A DNA stretch of 55,842 nt from Octopus bimaculoides (lineage: Eukaryota), in contig NC_068982.1 of the NCBI RefSeq assembly GCF_001194135.2, forward strand, positions 176,915,370-176,971,211, in the 5' to 3' direction. The position numbers and the translations under genes are program-made. Shown here one piece after another: positions 35,951 through 49,372 of this stretch; within the stretch, counting starts at the first letter, position 1, and each line of letters opens with the position of its first letter. Under the pieces are notes generated by a model, which worked only from the letters and a program-made list of their open reading frames with translations, was not told where the DNA came from and did not search any database.

Positions 35951-36714
35951 AATGTCTCATGAAAATCTTACTCTTCCAATTGTATAATTTTTATAGACCG
36001 TTTTAACATATAAATATTCACACTATATGCAGTATACCTTCACAGACCATTTGAAATATACTTTGAGTATATTAAAGCGCATGAATGTGACGAAATATAT
36101 TATATATTTTAGATAACTGTACATTGTGGCATCCACGACTGTCATTGAAAGAAGATTCCTCAACGGAAAAGCCCAAGAAAACAACAACTAAATTAGTCTA
36201 TGAGGACTTCTGAATATATGTGTGCAACATTTACTTCTGTAATTCCCCCAGAGATTAAAACGCATAGGTATTATTAGAACTTGAAATTATGATAGTTATA
36301 TAAAAATAAATATATTCACTCTAAGCAAGTAATACGATTAATACTGCGCGACGATTAACACTCGTGTTAATATTTAGAATGATCACACGGAGATATAATA
36401 TTTACATATTTAATACCTGACACTTGATTACTGGTTTTCAAGAATGCAGCATTAATTTACAAGGATAAATAATATGAGATCTCCTAAGATAATATTTGGA
36501 TAATCATTTGTGAGATTTTACAATGATGCAAATTTTGAAGGAAATCACGAATTAACATTACTGCCTAAGGTTGTTATTTAGGCAAATATGAAACAACAAA
36601 TAGCATTTATGAGTATTCATTTTCCATGGAACAGGTTAAGATTTATAAAGATACATGAGGACAGATTATGCAGATTTTACATATATATCTGTTTCTTTGT
36701 GTGTATTTGTGTAT

Positions 36715-36820
36715 GGGTATGTATGTATGTATGTATGTATGTATGTACGTATGTATGTACGTATGTATGTATGTATGTATGTATGTATGTATGTATGTAT
36801 GTACGTATGTATGTATGTAC
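36715..36820. repeat. (TATG)n microsatellite
   Basis: Direct inspection. Confidence 0.95.
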
Positions 36821-37023
36821 ATATGTGTGTATTAATGTGTGTGTGTGTATGAATGAATAAATATAAGCGCATTTAAACATTTTGTTAGATTTTGTAGTAA
36901 ATATTTTTATATTACGATACCCATAAACTTACGCAGAAGCACACACACATACATGCATACACAGACATTCACATACATACGTATGTATATGCATGTTTAT
37001 ATATAGATCTATATGTATACATA

Positions 37024-37600
37024 CAGAGTGCGGTGAATAAAATGTCGACTAAATTAGGCAATGATGAAAATAACACTGACATCTCATTTTAAAAGATATA
37101 TTTACCACAATTACATAAAAATATCTCGAAATACTAAAGAGTAAATTGATTCAATAAAATCTTCATTAGCTTCTACCATGGCCTCCATACGACTTCGGAA
37201 TCTCCTGCAGCTCTTCTAGACGGTTTCCTAGTTTAAGTTAATCAATGCTGCTATAATCATTGCCTTCAGTTTAACTTTGATGTTACAAGGAATTTTGTTG
37301 GCCTCTCGCTCAACTGCGCGCCGCACATAATAATCGAGGGTGTTACAGTCTGGTGAGTTAGGTGACCAGATGTTAGGGGTGATTTGGTCTCACAGTCATG
37401 ACTGGATTTTCCTCCTTGTGTAGCATGGTGCAGAGTCCTGTAACCAGACAAAGGGTCTTCCAGCAGCCAACCTTTTGATCCTGAGCAGCACTACCTCCAC
37501 CAGGCAATTGATGTAAGTCTTCATGTTGAATCTGGGGCCGTGTGGGAATATGAATGTAGGCATAATGTCGCCATCGCTAGTGATCACTCCAAACCATGAA
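37024..37600 (-). mobile_element. Tc1/mariner-superfamily (maT/DD37D-like) element, 3' part with terminal repeat
   Basis: WFGVITSDG..MPTFIFPHG...AAGRPFVWLQDSAPC...NIWSPNSPDCNTLDYYV...AVERE...CRRFRSRMEAMVEANEDFIE; terminus TA|cagagtgcggtgaataaa at 37022-37041; second TIR not seen. Confidence 0.85.
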
Positions 37601-38189
37601 GTTGAATGCTGACCCGACTTTTTGTACCATTTTGTACCGTACAGAAAGTCGGATCCAAGGGCAGCAACAGCGGCAGCGGAGTAGGGGACAGGGTTGAGAG
37701 GAGGATCATAGTGCGCACACACAGGCACAGACACACAAACACAGACACACAAACACAGACGCATGTCCATATAAAGATACACGTCATAGGACAGAATGGA
37801 ATAGGCAGGGCAAGTGCATACACGTAGGCGGAAAGTGTCACTTAGACGGTTACGGATATATGGTGAAAGATTTCCAGGCAATGAACATGAGTTAGAATAA
37901 GAACAGTAATAAACGAGTGATGAACGAATATATAGTGTCTGTGTCTATTTGGCAAAAAAATGACCATCCCGAAATACAATAATATTAGTTTCAACACGAT
38001 TTCACATCAGGAATCTGCAACACAAATTCATAAACTTAAATTTTAAAATCTGTGTGTGTGTATGTATTGTATATATTGTATGTCAAGTTTATTCTTAATT
38101 TTTGTCAATTTTATCTCAAATTTTTCTTTTTCTTATTTTCTTATTTTAGTTTTTTTTAATAAATAGATTAGTGGTTGATAGAGTTTCTT

Positions 38190-40466
38190 TGTTTACCCAA
38201 GCCGTGGCGAAGACAGTCTGTCTAGAGGAAAGTAACTCCGAATTTAAATACTTCACTGCTGTCTTGCAGTTAGCGTTTGGTGTGGCAAACTCTGATATAA
38301 AACCTGCGACTGCAAATGCACCCAATGATGTCGACTTGTTCTTCTTTTTGGATCATGCTTTGTAGTTTAGAGAGTGGGAATGGTTGCTGTGCAAAACTTT
38401 TCCTCACTTTAGAAAGTGTCAAGCACAGGTATTGCTGGAGAGGAAAAAGAAATGGACATCTTGTATGTACGTGGATGGCTGATGGCAAAACTAAACAATG
38501 AAAGTTGATATTGATACTGGTGCAAATAGTAAAAGGGGCTCTGGAGCATTTTGTTTTGTGGTCTAGTCATGGAGGTGTCCCAGGGCACCATAGCCTGGAT
38601 CCGGTCGTCATCCTGCAACTGTGAGTAAATTAAGTTTAAGATGCAATTCTATGAATTTTGCTTTCAAAACCACTCTGGCTTGAAAACTTGAGGAACTACC
38701 ATGTGGTCATTTTGATCGTTTGATGTCTTTAAGACTTCCATTAAGAAAAGGGTGCTATGCAACACTCATAAGTGCATATGCTCCAACTATGAATTCATCA
38801 GAGGATGATAAACTTGCCTTCTATCATTTACAGAGATTATACGCAATAACCCCCATGATGACAAAGTTGTCATTTTGGGTGATATTAATGCTCGCGTTAA
38901 CGCAGATTGGGAGATTTGGGGTGTCCTAGGAAAGCACACGGTTGGGAATTCCAAAAGTAATGATTTTCTACTGATAGAAATGTGCGTAAAGATGAATTTG
39001 TGTGTCATGAATACAATGTTTCAACTAAAGAATAGGTATAAAACGACATGGATTCACCCTAGTTCTAAGAAATGGCATCTTATAGATTACATCCTCACCA
39101 AGAAACGAGATACCAGGGACTTTACTTTTGTACAAGTGATGTATTTTGCAATAGTCTTTCAAATAGCTTTTGAAGATTGCACTGAAGGAGGTTATATAAG
39201 ATATAGGACAACGGAAAAACTGTTCAAGCTCAAAAGACTCTGTGCCAAAACAAAAGTTCCGCATTCTTACCGCTTTCATTTCCTGTATGCAAATAATTGT
39301 GACCTGTTGGCACATTCTCAGAAAGATATGCAGCTTACCTGAATGCGATTTTTGCAGCATGTGAAGAATTGGGTCTAACAATCAATCTAAAAAAAATTGT
39401 TATAATGTACCAGCCCGCTCCCTCCAAGATGTATGTGGAACCTTTTATAACTGTGAATGGTCAAAGGTTGGAAACTGTGTATAGATTGATTTATTTAGGA
39501 AGTACTTTGAGCACTGCATGTCTTGGTGATGAAATTTCATACAAAACCAGCAGGGCTAGTAGTGCTTTTGGTAGACTTCATAGGCACCTGTGGAAACAAC
39601 ATAATATATCTTCACAAATCAAAGTTATGGTATATAACACGTGCGTCATACCATCTTTGCTATATGGGAGTGAGGTATGGATTATTTACCGTAGGCATGT
39701 AAGGCAACTGGAACGATATCATCAATACTTTCTGAGAAAAAGTTTCGGGATAAACTGGAAAATGGCCATTAGTAATGTGGAGGTCCTTGAGAAGAGTGGC
39801 AGTAGAAGCACAGAGTTAATGATTTTGCAAAGACATTTGGGATGGCGGGGTGACATTTGGTAAGGATGAGTGATGAACGACTGCCCAAGCAGCTATTGTA
39901 TGGTGAGCTGGAAGATGGCATGAGACCAGCGCATAAGCCTAAACTAAGGTTTAAGTATTGTCTTAAAAATGCTCTAATACAGACAGGAATTGCAGCTGGT
40001 GATTAGGAGAGGGAAGGTTGAATGGTTGTTCAACCATGATGAATGGTTGTTCAAGGTTTGTGAGGGAGAGAGTGAAGTATGAGAGAATTAGGAGAGAGGT
40101 TAGAAAGAGGGAACTTGTGGAAAGTGAGAGTGTGTCTCTTTTTGTGTGTGTGGTTTGTGAGAGGAGGTGTTTGAGTCATGCAGGCCTGATAAATAGTGAT
40201 GTGGCTATTAAAATTCACAACAGAACATTTGTAAAATGTGGAAGAGTGTGCCTCTCAGCTGGAGGTCTGAAAAGACACGTTAAGAGAGTGCATACAGTGG
40301 CACCTGTTTCTCCTACCAGCCAGCACAGTTGTACAGTATGAAATAGAATGTGTAAACGTTTGGCTGGTTTTAAAATTCATATAAGGGCATCACTGGCATC
40401 AATAATGAACCATTTCGTAAATCTTTTTGGCAATGGCTTTTCTCGCGTAACGAGGGTGCAGCTATG
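38190..40466 (+). mobile_element. RTE (BovB-like) LINE with 5' UTR, APE fragment, RT C-terminal half and 3' tail; internally deleted
   Basis: RLMSLRLPL..YATLISAYAPT, GDINARV, TWIHPSSKKWHLIDY (APE); GYIRYRT..LFKLKRL, LYANNCDL, GLTINLKK, YLGSTL, ASSAFGRL, SLLYGSEVW, RLPKQLLYGEL (RT/thumb); 3' end ttctcgcgtaacgagggtgcagctatg plus (TA)n. Confidence 0.92.
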
Positions 40467-42070
40467 ATATATATATATATANNNNNNNNNNNNNNNNNNN
40501 NNNNNNNNNNNNNNNNNNNNNNNNNNNNNNNNNNNNNNNNNNNNNNNNNNNNNNNNNNNNNNNNNNNNNNNNNNNNNNNNNNNNNNNNNNNNNNNNNNNN
40601 NNNNNNNNNNNNNNNNNNNNNNNNNNNNNNNNNNNNNNNNNNNNNNNNNNNNNNNNNNNNNNNNNNNNNNNNNNNNNNNNNNNNNNNNNNNNNNNNNNNN
40701 NNNNNNNNNNNNNNNNNNNNNNNNNNNNNNNNNNNNNNNNNNNNNNNNNNNNNNNNNNNNNNNNNNNNNNNNNNNNNNNNNNNNNNNNNNNNNNNNNNNN
40801 NNNNNNNNNNNNNNNNNNNNNNNNNNNNNNNNNNNNNNNNNNNNNNNNNNNNNNNNNNNNNNNNNNNNNNNNNNNNNNNNNNNNNNNNNNNNNNNNNNNN
40901 NNNNNNNNNNNNNNNNNNNNNNNNNATATATATATATATATATATATATATATACGTATATGTATGCATGTATAGGTACGTATGTGCAACTGTATAGTCA
41001 TTTCACGCATATATTTTACGAGCACCAACTAGGAATATTTCTGCTTTTTCTTTTTTAGTCTATTTATGTCATATAACAATTATCGCCTCTTTTCCTATAA
41101 ACGTATGTTCATTCGTTTCAATATATGATTATGCCACGTGTTTTGTATATGAAAGCTGCAATTTAATACTCCATTTTAAGTTTTGTTGAGTCCCCTTATA
41201 TCTTCACTTCTTAGAATGGAGATTTCCAAACAAGGGAACTCTTCTTCCTGGAGTACACTGATACACATCCTTTCTGTTTCCTTCACATATTACATCTAAC
41301 ATTTAACCGTCTTCTTCCAAGCAAATGGTATCTGGTAAAGCTAACCAACATTCCGAATATGAAGCAATCACGTTATTCTATATCAGACTTTCTTTTAAAC
41401 GTAATCAGCTCAAACAAGGGTTCAATTAATGACGATATTGTATATTCGTAAATTCTTAATTCATTATCAAATATGTGTCCTAAATTGTCGTCATTGTGTG
41501 TCTCCATCTTGCTAGCGATTGTGAACAGCAGCATCTTAATGAATGTAGCTGGAGTTACATGAAAATCTTGTGGAAAGTATTTAATCGGCAAATTAAACAT
41601 TGGCTATTTACTTCAATCATTTGTATCCTGTCTGGATACTAATGATAATGATCTCAGTAAGATCTTCAGTTTATAAACCGTACTTTCATTGTGCGATCGG
41701 TAATTTTAAAGTAGTCCTTATCTTTTCCCACCCATAATACCAAATATTATCAATAATCGACAAAGGATAATTTTTCCTTTCCACCAATGTATCTTGCATG
41801 GATCTGACTCTCCCACGATTAACTGTTTAATTTAATCAATATCGCAAAATTTGTTAATGTGGCCGTCTCTTTGTGTGTGCTAGCCGCATCAATAATAATT
41901 CCCAGCATTTCTTGTACATTACATATTAGGACATCATGGATGAGTGTTGACATTTACCGTTCGGAATGAGGTACTTTCACTAATACAACGGCCTTATACA
42001 TTGAATCTTCAAACATGCTCATATTAATGGTTATTTCCGTGCATTTTAATGTGTCCTCAATATCATAGTA

Positions 42071-42448
42071 TATTCTTTTATTCTTTCATTCTTTTACTTT
42101 TTCAGTGATTTGACTGCGGTCATGCTGGAGCACCACCTTTATTCGAACGAATAGACACCAGTGTAGTCTTTATTCTATCGGTCTCCTTTTGCCGAACTGC
42201 TAGGTTACTGGAACGTAAACACATCATCAGTTATCAGGTGAAGGTGGGGGAACAAACACAGACTCACATACATATATACACATACGACGGGCGTCTTTCA
42301 GTTTCCGTCTGCCAAATCCACTTACAAAGCTTTGGTTGTTCCGAAGCTATAGTAGAAGACACTTGCCTAAGGTGCCATGCAGTGGGAGTAAACCTGGAAC
42401 CATGTGGTTGGGAAGCAAGCTTCTTACCGCAAAGGCATTCCTGCGCCT
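42071..42448 (-). mobile_element. SINE family A, full length
   Basis: tRNA-like head (aggcgcaggaatg...gcggtaagaagcttgcttcccaaccacatggttccaggtttactcccactgcatggcaccttaggcaagtgtcttctac), internal microsatellite, tail aaaggtggtgctccagcatgaccgcagtcaaatcactgaaaaagtaaaagaa. Confidence 0.9.
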
Positions 42449-43251
42449 ATTTCAACATTTTTAGAATTATTTACGCTTTGTTAATTTTCAATTGCAATAA
42501 CTCTGTATTTTATGAGATTCTTAACCACATGTCAGACACAGCACTCGATTACGACTGAAAGTTTTGAAGACTTTGGTATTTTGTTTTCCTTTTAGAAATA
42601 GATCATGTCAATTTGTGAAAAAAGCGTCCTTTTCCGATTGGATACTCAATGAAGAAATCTTACTTTCCATTCTGGACGAGTTTTGCACATGTATTTATGT
42701 AACATAATTTCTTTTTTTTCATATGGATTAGGGGTTTATGCTATAATTAAATAATAAATTATGAATTTATCACCAAGAATAATGAAATAATAATAATGGT
42801 AATAATAACAAGAATAACAAATACGACACAAATAATAACACTCATCATTATTATCATCATTATCATCGTCAAAATTATAATTTGTAACATAATCGCAATA
42901 AACATACTAACACACAAACATCCGTATGCATGTGTGCATGAGCATGTATATGTCTCGGCAGGTATATAAATATGTGTGCATGTGTGCAAGTGAATGTTTT
43001 ATAAGAGGTTTATGTGTTTATAAAACAGCACCTTTCTGTTTGTTTTCCAACATACCAGCTACGATTGCTTCTGGCATTTTTCTTCACAAGAGCATCTTTT
43101 TGGTGAGTCAATGATCGAAACCTTATCGCTACTCTTCTCCCTGTCTCACTGTGTGCATATATAATTTAATATACGTATATATGCAGAAATTATATACGTA
43201 TATATGCAGAAATTATATACGTATATTTATATATATATATATATATATATA

Positions 43252-43288
<37 letters not shown>

Positions 43289-43821
43289 CATACAGACAGC
43301 TATTAAGCGTATATGTATTAAGATGTACACAGTTACATGCATATATATATATATTACACTTTTATGTATATTCGTACGTATGCGTGCATCTTTGTATGTG
43401 AATGTACATTTGTCGATATGATCGTTCGTCGTCCTTTTTTCTTAAGTCTGGTTTCATAAATATACTTTTCATAGAAAACTTCCTCGTTTTCCTAAGCTAA
43501 TTTTCACCATTGATAGGTGGTTTTCTGCAATGCATAATTCACAGACAAACACCAAAAGCTCTTAATCTGAGTGATTTCAATATATTGTGCTGTATTTGCG
43601 CGCGGTAGATTTCTCTGTATGTTCACGAACCTTTTATTAAATGTTTATATCTGGAGAGGTTTTGATGTTGCATGACGCTTTCATTGACAAAAGTATTATT
43701 TACTCTCCCCTATGTTGCATATTATAAGAAAGCTTTCTTCCCTCTCTATCTGCGGGGAGATTAACCTCATCCCATAAGTATGTCTCTATTAGCTTGCTCA
43801 TCATCTCTGTGCTCGCATATT

Positions 43822-44037
43822 AATATTCTTTTCTACTCTACGCACAAGGCCCGAAATTTTGGAGAGGGCCAGTCGATTAGATCGACTCCAGTACGCGACT
43901 GGCACTTAATTTATCAACTCCGAAAGGATGAAATGCAAAGTTGACATCGGCGGAATTTGAACTCAGAACATAAAGATAGACGAAATACCGCAAAGCATTT
44001 CGCCCGGCGTGCTAACGCTTCTGCCAGCTCGCCGCCT
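43822..44037 (-). mobile_element. SINE family B, full length, well preserved
   Basis: ggcggcgagctggcagaagcgttagcacgccgggcgaaatgctttgcggtatttcg...gagttcaaattccgcc...catcctttcggagttgataaattaag...gggccttgtgcgtagagtagaaaagaatatt; A/B boxes. Confidence 0.92.
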
Positions 44038-44109
44038 TGCTCACATATTGATATTATCAATGTTCTGATCCTTGTAAAGTTGCTGCTTCTAATGCTACTT
44101 CTTCTCACC

Positions 44110-44110
<1 letters not shown>

Positions 44111-44159
<49 letters not shown>

Positions 44160-44170
44160 GCTGCTGCTGC
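44111..44170. repeat. (ACT)n-(GCT)n compound microsatellite
   Basis: Direct inspection. Confidence 0.95.
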
Positions 44171-44514
44171 TATTTCGTCGTCGGCTGTTTGTGGTAGGTC
44201 GACTTTCGGTTCAGACCTGTCTAAACAAAACTGTTTTGCACGATGATTAAAGCAGTTGGCGTCGTCCTCTCACCAGACGTGTTCTCTGGGTTTCCATGTC
44301 AAGTATCAAGTGGTGTATAAGAGCGCAACGAGTATGGTTGATGATAAGGCAGCTCCGCTGTAACAGCTCACTTGCTAAAGCCTAACCGTTGACTCGAAGT
44401 ACAGATCTACCTCTTGGCTGCAATAACTTTCAACTACGACTAGTAATGTTACAGTTACACATGTCACGTAGAGCTTTACAAGTCATTTTCCATTACACCT
44501 AAGGTGGCTGAATG

Positions 44515-44642
44515 CTAAAAATTAAACCACACTTGGTCATATTCCACGAGAATGTCTTGCCCATAATATGAAATCTTTGGCTTACCTTCGTACACTAATT
44601 CAATTTAATATTTAGCAGTAATCATTAACACTATTTGTTTTT
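44515..44642 (+). repeat. Left copy of about 125-bp inverted repeat pair
   Basis: ttggtcatattccacgagaatgtcttgcccataatatgaaatctttggcttaccttcgtacac... is the reverse complement of 46497-46622 with scattered mismatches. Confidence 0.88.
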
Positions 44643-45776
44643 ACTCAAGACAAACAAAAGCATTAAATGGAATAACAAACTCCAAATATATTTCATTGTA
44701 AGTGTCTTAAAGAAAACAGATTTTAATTCGAGATACCCTGGGAGCGTATGCATGCATTTTATAAATTCGGGAAAAGAACGGGAAAAAACGATAAAGATTA
44801 AAATAACTGCAAATGATATCCGTAATATTGAGAGTGACAATGATAGAAATAAGAAACATACAAATGTACATACAAAAGTAATGAAAAAACTTACAAATGT
44901 TCGATAGTATTGGAATATCTTCCTGATCACTCGATATACACAAATAGTAACCAGATGCCGCTTATATCATCCTTTACCATGTTAGAAAAGGAAAGAATTG
45001 ATATATAAATCAAATCGACTCAAATGAGTGGACGTGAATATTCTTGAAGGTATCGAATTTTAGGAAAAGTACTACAAACACAGAATCATATTATATATGG
45101 AACTAGTAGAGTATACCACAGGAAAATCATAAGTTCGTTTATTACCAAATTACATTCATCTGCAATCTGAATCACTTTTCAAACTTACAACGCCCCATTA
45201 CATAAATTTAATCGCAATATAATTTATTACCTGGACATAATATTCGCAGTGTATCTTTGATTATTGGAAATATTTAATATCATTTTCAATTTCTTGTTAT
45301 AAAATATCAAATTGCGATATTGAATTATTAGCAAATTACTCTCGAAATGTTATTTTACTCATACCGAATATGTATTTTATTCATACCGAAAAGGGGATAA
45401 TGAGAAGCAAGATAACCTTTTTCTGACCGTTCAACTGCTATAAAGATCAGTCAGGTAATATATTTAGCAGTTGAAAATAGTATTTTGCAGTTTTTATGGA
45501 AAGAAAGTAGCATTGAACAGTGAAGTTTTAACTTCACAAAACAACAGATTGTCATCGGCATGTAGGATTAGAATTTAGCTGGAATTATTAAAATGCACAA
45601 GAAGCAGCCAACACTTACGCACATATTTACTTCCACACATAGGGACTATGGACATCATGAGAGTGTACCTCATGTAAGTTAACATTTAAATCTCTTGTTG
45701 ATTTCCGGTTAATTTATGATGATCAGCTTAAAATATCTGAAATATGAGTAACTACAAATACAATAATTTCCTAGAT

Positions 45777-45890
45777 CCCGAAAGAATAAAGGACAACGTC
45801 AGAAGTTGCGGGCTTTCAACTCAGAAGGAGCAGAATTTAATACCATAAGCATTTAATCTTATGATTTACCGTTTCTCACAACAAGCTGAG
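45777..45890 (-). mobile_element. SINE family B, old degenerate copy
   Basis: cccgaaagaataaaggacaacgtc...ggctttcaactcagaa...taccataagcattt aligns to family B. Confidence 0.55.
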
Positions 45891-46496
45891 TTCCGATAAA
45901 TACATGTTGATTGATTTAATTACCCAAACGATTTTCAGTGTTCATCTACACCTTCATAACTCTAATCTGAAAGCATTTAATTTTAGTTAGCTCTTCATAC
46001 AAAGCTTAATGAAATCTCTTGACGTGGGTATTAACATCAGTGTAGAAAATAGCGATTACAGTGTCTAGGCAAACAAAGCCTTTATATAAATCGTATATTT
46101 TTATTTTCTTCTTTCTTTCATTTTTAAACATTCAAAATGCATCTTTCTGTTTATTTTCTCGAAGTATAATTTTAAATTTTGCATTTCCAAAAATAGTTTT
46201 GAAGATTACATTTTTAAAAAATCTCGTATTAAAAACAATCCTAAAAGTCATTCTTGGCGTAATCTTCTGACTTAGCAGACATGAGTAATTCGTAAAATTT
46301 CTTATTATTTGTTAAATTCAACGCCATTCATGGCATTCATGAAATTTTTTGTAGTTTTTAAGCGCATTTCAAATAATGTTATACTTTACTGAAATATACC
46401 ACAACGTTCATAGTTCCTTTCATGAACATAGAAACATGTTGAATAGCCACATTGAGCAACATAGTAAAAACAACATTGTAAAATATAATCCAAATT

Positions 46497-46622
46497 AAAA
46501 AAAATAGTGCTGATGATTACTGATAAATATTAAACTGAATAAGTGTACGAAGGTAAGCTAAAGATTTCATAGGATGAGCAAGACATTCTCTTGGAATATG
46601 ACCAAATGAGTTTTATTTTTCA
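46497..46622 (-). repeat. Right copy of about 125-bp inverted repeat pair
   Basis: Reverse complement of 44515-44642. Confidence 0.88.
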
Positions 46623-46683
46623 GTATGGTTCCCCACGCAGTCCACACAAATCATATGCGTGTGTATGTCTATGTTTGTGAGTG

Positions 46684-46715
46684 TCTTTGGTAGACGGAAA
46701 CTGAAGAAGCCCATC

Positions 46716-46781
<66 letters not shown>

Positions 46782-46917
46782 NNNNNNNNNNNNNNNNNNN
46801 NNNNNNNNNNNNNNNNNNNNNNNNNNNNNNNNNNNNNNNNNNNNNNNNNNNNNNNNNNNNNNNNNNNNNNNNNNNNNNNNNNNNNNNNNNNNNNNNNNNN
46901 NNNNNNNNNNNNNNNNN

Positions 46918-46953
<36 letters not shown>

Positions 46954-47186
46954 TGTGTGTATTTATGCGTGTATATGTTTATGTTTTTCCCCCTCCATTG
47001 GTTGACAACCGATGCCGATGTATTTACGTCCTCGTAAATTAGTTGTTTCGCAAAAGAGACCGATGGAATAAGTATTTGGCTTATAAAAAAATAAGTTTCG
47101 GGTCGATTTCTTCGACTAACACGCGTTAAGGTGTTGCTCCAGTATGGCCGAAGTCAAATCACTGAAATAAGTAAAAAGAAAAGAGG
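46684..47186 (+). mobile_element. SINE family A, 5'-truncated, long internal (GT)n spanning a gap
   Basis: tttggtagacggaaactgaagaagccc...ttgacaaccgatgccgatgtatttacgtcc...gtcgatttcttcgactaa...gtgttgctccagtatggccgaagtcaaatcactgaaataagtaaaaag. Confidence 0.88.
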
Positions 47187-48419
47187 TCGCATCAAATTTC
47201 ATCCATGCTAACAAAAACCACAACCCTTTTTACTAAGGGCTCAAATCCAATGTCGGCATTTCAGATTGTATACGGATAAAATGCTAACGAAACGTAGCAA
47301 AAGACAACTAAATATGAAGAATAGTTTCATTTGAATGCAATTGTAAATATTGTTAGCATTGTCAATAATTATAATCTTTAAGACAAAAACATCGTAAAAT
47401 AGAAGGCTATAAAGATTTAAATAGAGTCGTTATATATCACATTAGTGACAGCTGATGGTTGTTGACGCAAAGATTTCTATGAGCGACAATATGGAGAACG
47501 CAGGAGCAATATTTATTCGCAGACGAGCAACAAGCGACAGAGAAAGGAAATAAATGATATCAATTTTACTGCTATTCATATAGATGATAAACACGGAGAT
47601 ATGACTGCGAATGATTATGTTTAAGATATGACTTATGAATATCAATTATATTGTAGTTGATGTAGATGGTAGAGAAAACGGTGATATTGATGCCAAGTAT
47701 AATGTTTAAGATATGATTTATGGTAATCACGAATCTAATATATACATAAAATTAGGACAATAAAATTATTAGACAAACGACAAATTGAAAACAATGAATC
47801 AATATATATAGACAAAGTGCACAAAATATATATAGCATTGAGGCAAAGAATGCTATCAGGCAAAGTTCATCTTAAGCTAGGATATATGTAGGGATATCAG
47901 ATAACGTGGCGTTATAAATTGATGAAAAAGTTGTTGACACTAAAACGCAACACCAAATTGTGAGCAACAATAAGAATTTCTGAGTGGATAATCACAGTTT
48001 GCATTTGTATTTTCGTCTTGTGTTTTGTTTTGCACATTCTTCTATTGTATACATTCAGTAAAAGAAATACTTTCGTAAATATATACACAGTCTCTATGCA
48101 AATATACATGTATGCATATATACTTCATATATGTTTTTAAGTGTGTGTGATAAAGTTTTAATTGGATCTATGCCGCGGTGTGGATTGTTTTAGTAGTATA
48201 AACATTTTCTGACTTTGATTATCGTTACACGTGATTGTAGAAGGACTGAGTAACAAAGCAAGTGGCGCTGACGATCCATTTTTTTTGTGTTACTTTTCAA
48301 CTTGTTCCATTTTTTTTATCTCTTTCTCCAACTACTTCTTCGTAATCAGCCCCACCTTTCTTCATCCTACTTCCTGTTTCGTCCCTGTTTACATCAAGTA
48401 AAACACCTTAATTCCAATT

Positions 48420-48535
48420 TAATATTAGTTTCAAATTTTGGTACTAGGCCAGCAATTTCGGGGAACTGGACAAGTGTATATATATTCTCTCCACCGAAAT
48501 TGTCGTCCTTGTGTTAAAATTTGGAAACAATATTG
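48420..48535. repeat. Two SINE-B-type tails in inverted orientation
   Basis: aatattagtttcaaattttggtactaggccagcaatttcgggg (minus tail) and ccaccgaaattgtcgtccttgtgttaaaatttggaaacaatatt (plus tail); both resemble 35905-35950. Confidence 0.6.
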
Positions 48536-49289
48536 TTATATTACATGTAACTACTTAAATAAGTCCACAAGACTAAACAAAAGTAACTAATGTATCACTA
48601 GAATAACTATCATGCACTTACAAATAAAATTAACACGAAAAGTAATATAAATATTAATATTGCAAGAATAAATTGCACGAAGGAAAGTATTGACTGAGAC
48701 AATGACAATAATGGATGGGACAGAAAAAATATAAATGAATGACTAAATGAAGAAAACACAAATAATGCATGAAAGAATAATGAGTAAGTTATAAAAACGA
48801 AACAAATGAATGGCATAATAAAGTAAATGAATAAAGAAATAAAACAAAAACAAAACAATGACGAATAATGAACGTATCTGAGTGAATGTATGCACTACAT
48901 TTTAAATTATCGTATGTAATATGAGAAAGAATGAACTCCGAGTCATAAGGTCGATGTACAACACTAAATGTATGAAGTTTATATGGAGAAACAGTATTCA
49001 CTAAAAATTTCGGAAGGAAAACAAATAAGTCTATTTAAACTAAATTAAATAAACATCTCCGTTTTATCTTATACAAGGTTATTTTTCTGTGTTTGTTTAG
49101 ACTCCAATGAAAACGCGATAGCAGTATCTAGATTTAATTAGATAAAATTTGCTGATCACTTGCACAGTGTTTTATGTTCCTGTTGATCTTTTTCTTGGTA
49201 TATTTCTTGGCAAAATTAGCCTGTTTACTGTCTTCTGTGCAGTTTGCATTGAAATATGTTTTAATCTCTCAAAGACTATATTTGACTGA

Positions 49290-49372
49290 GTGAAGCTTTA
49301 GGTTGTTTTTGCTCAATAAACACTCACAACGCCCGGTCTGGGAATCGAAACCACGATCCTACGACCACGATC
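49290..49372 (-). mobile_element. SINE family C fragment (tRNA B-box)
   Basis: Minus: gtcgtaggatcgtggtttcgattcccagaccgggcgttgtgagtgtttattgagc; GGTTTCGATTCC B-box-like. Confidence 0.65.

Noticed and set aside
41200-42050. Possible very old LINE (RT thumb / CCHC-like traces on minus)
   Set aside because: Too many stops and only weak motif traces to call without an alignment
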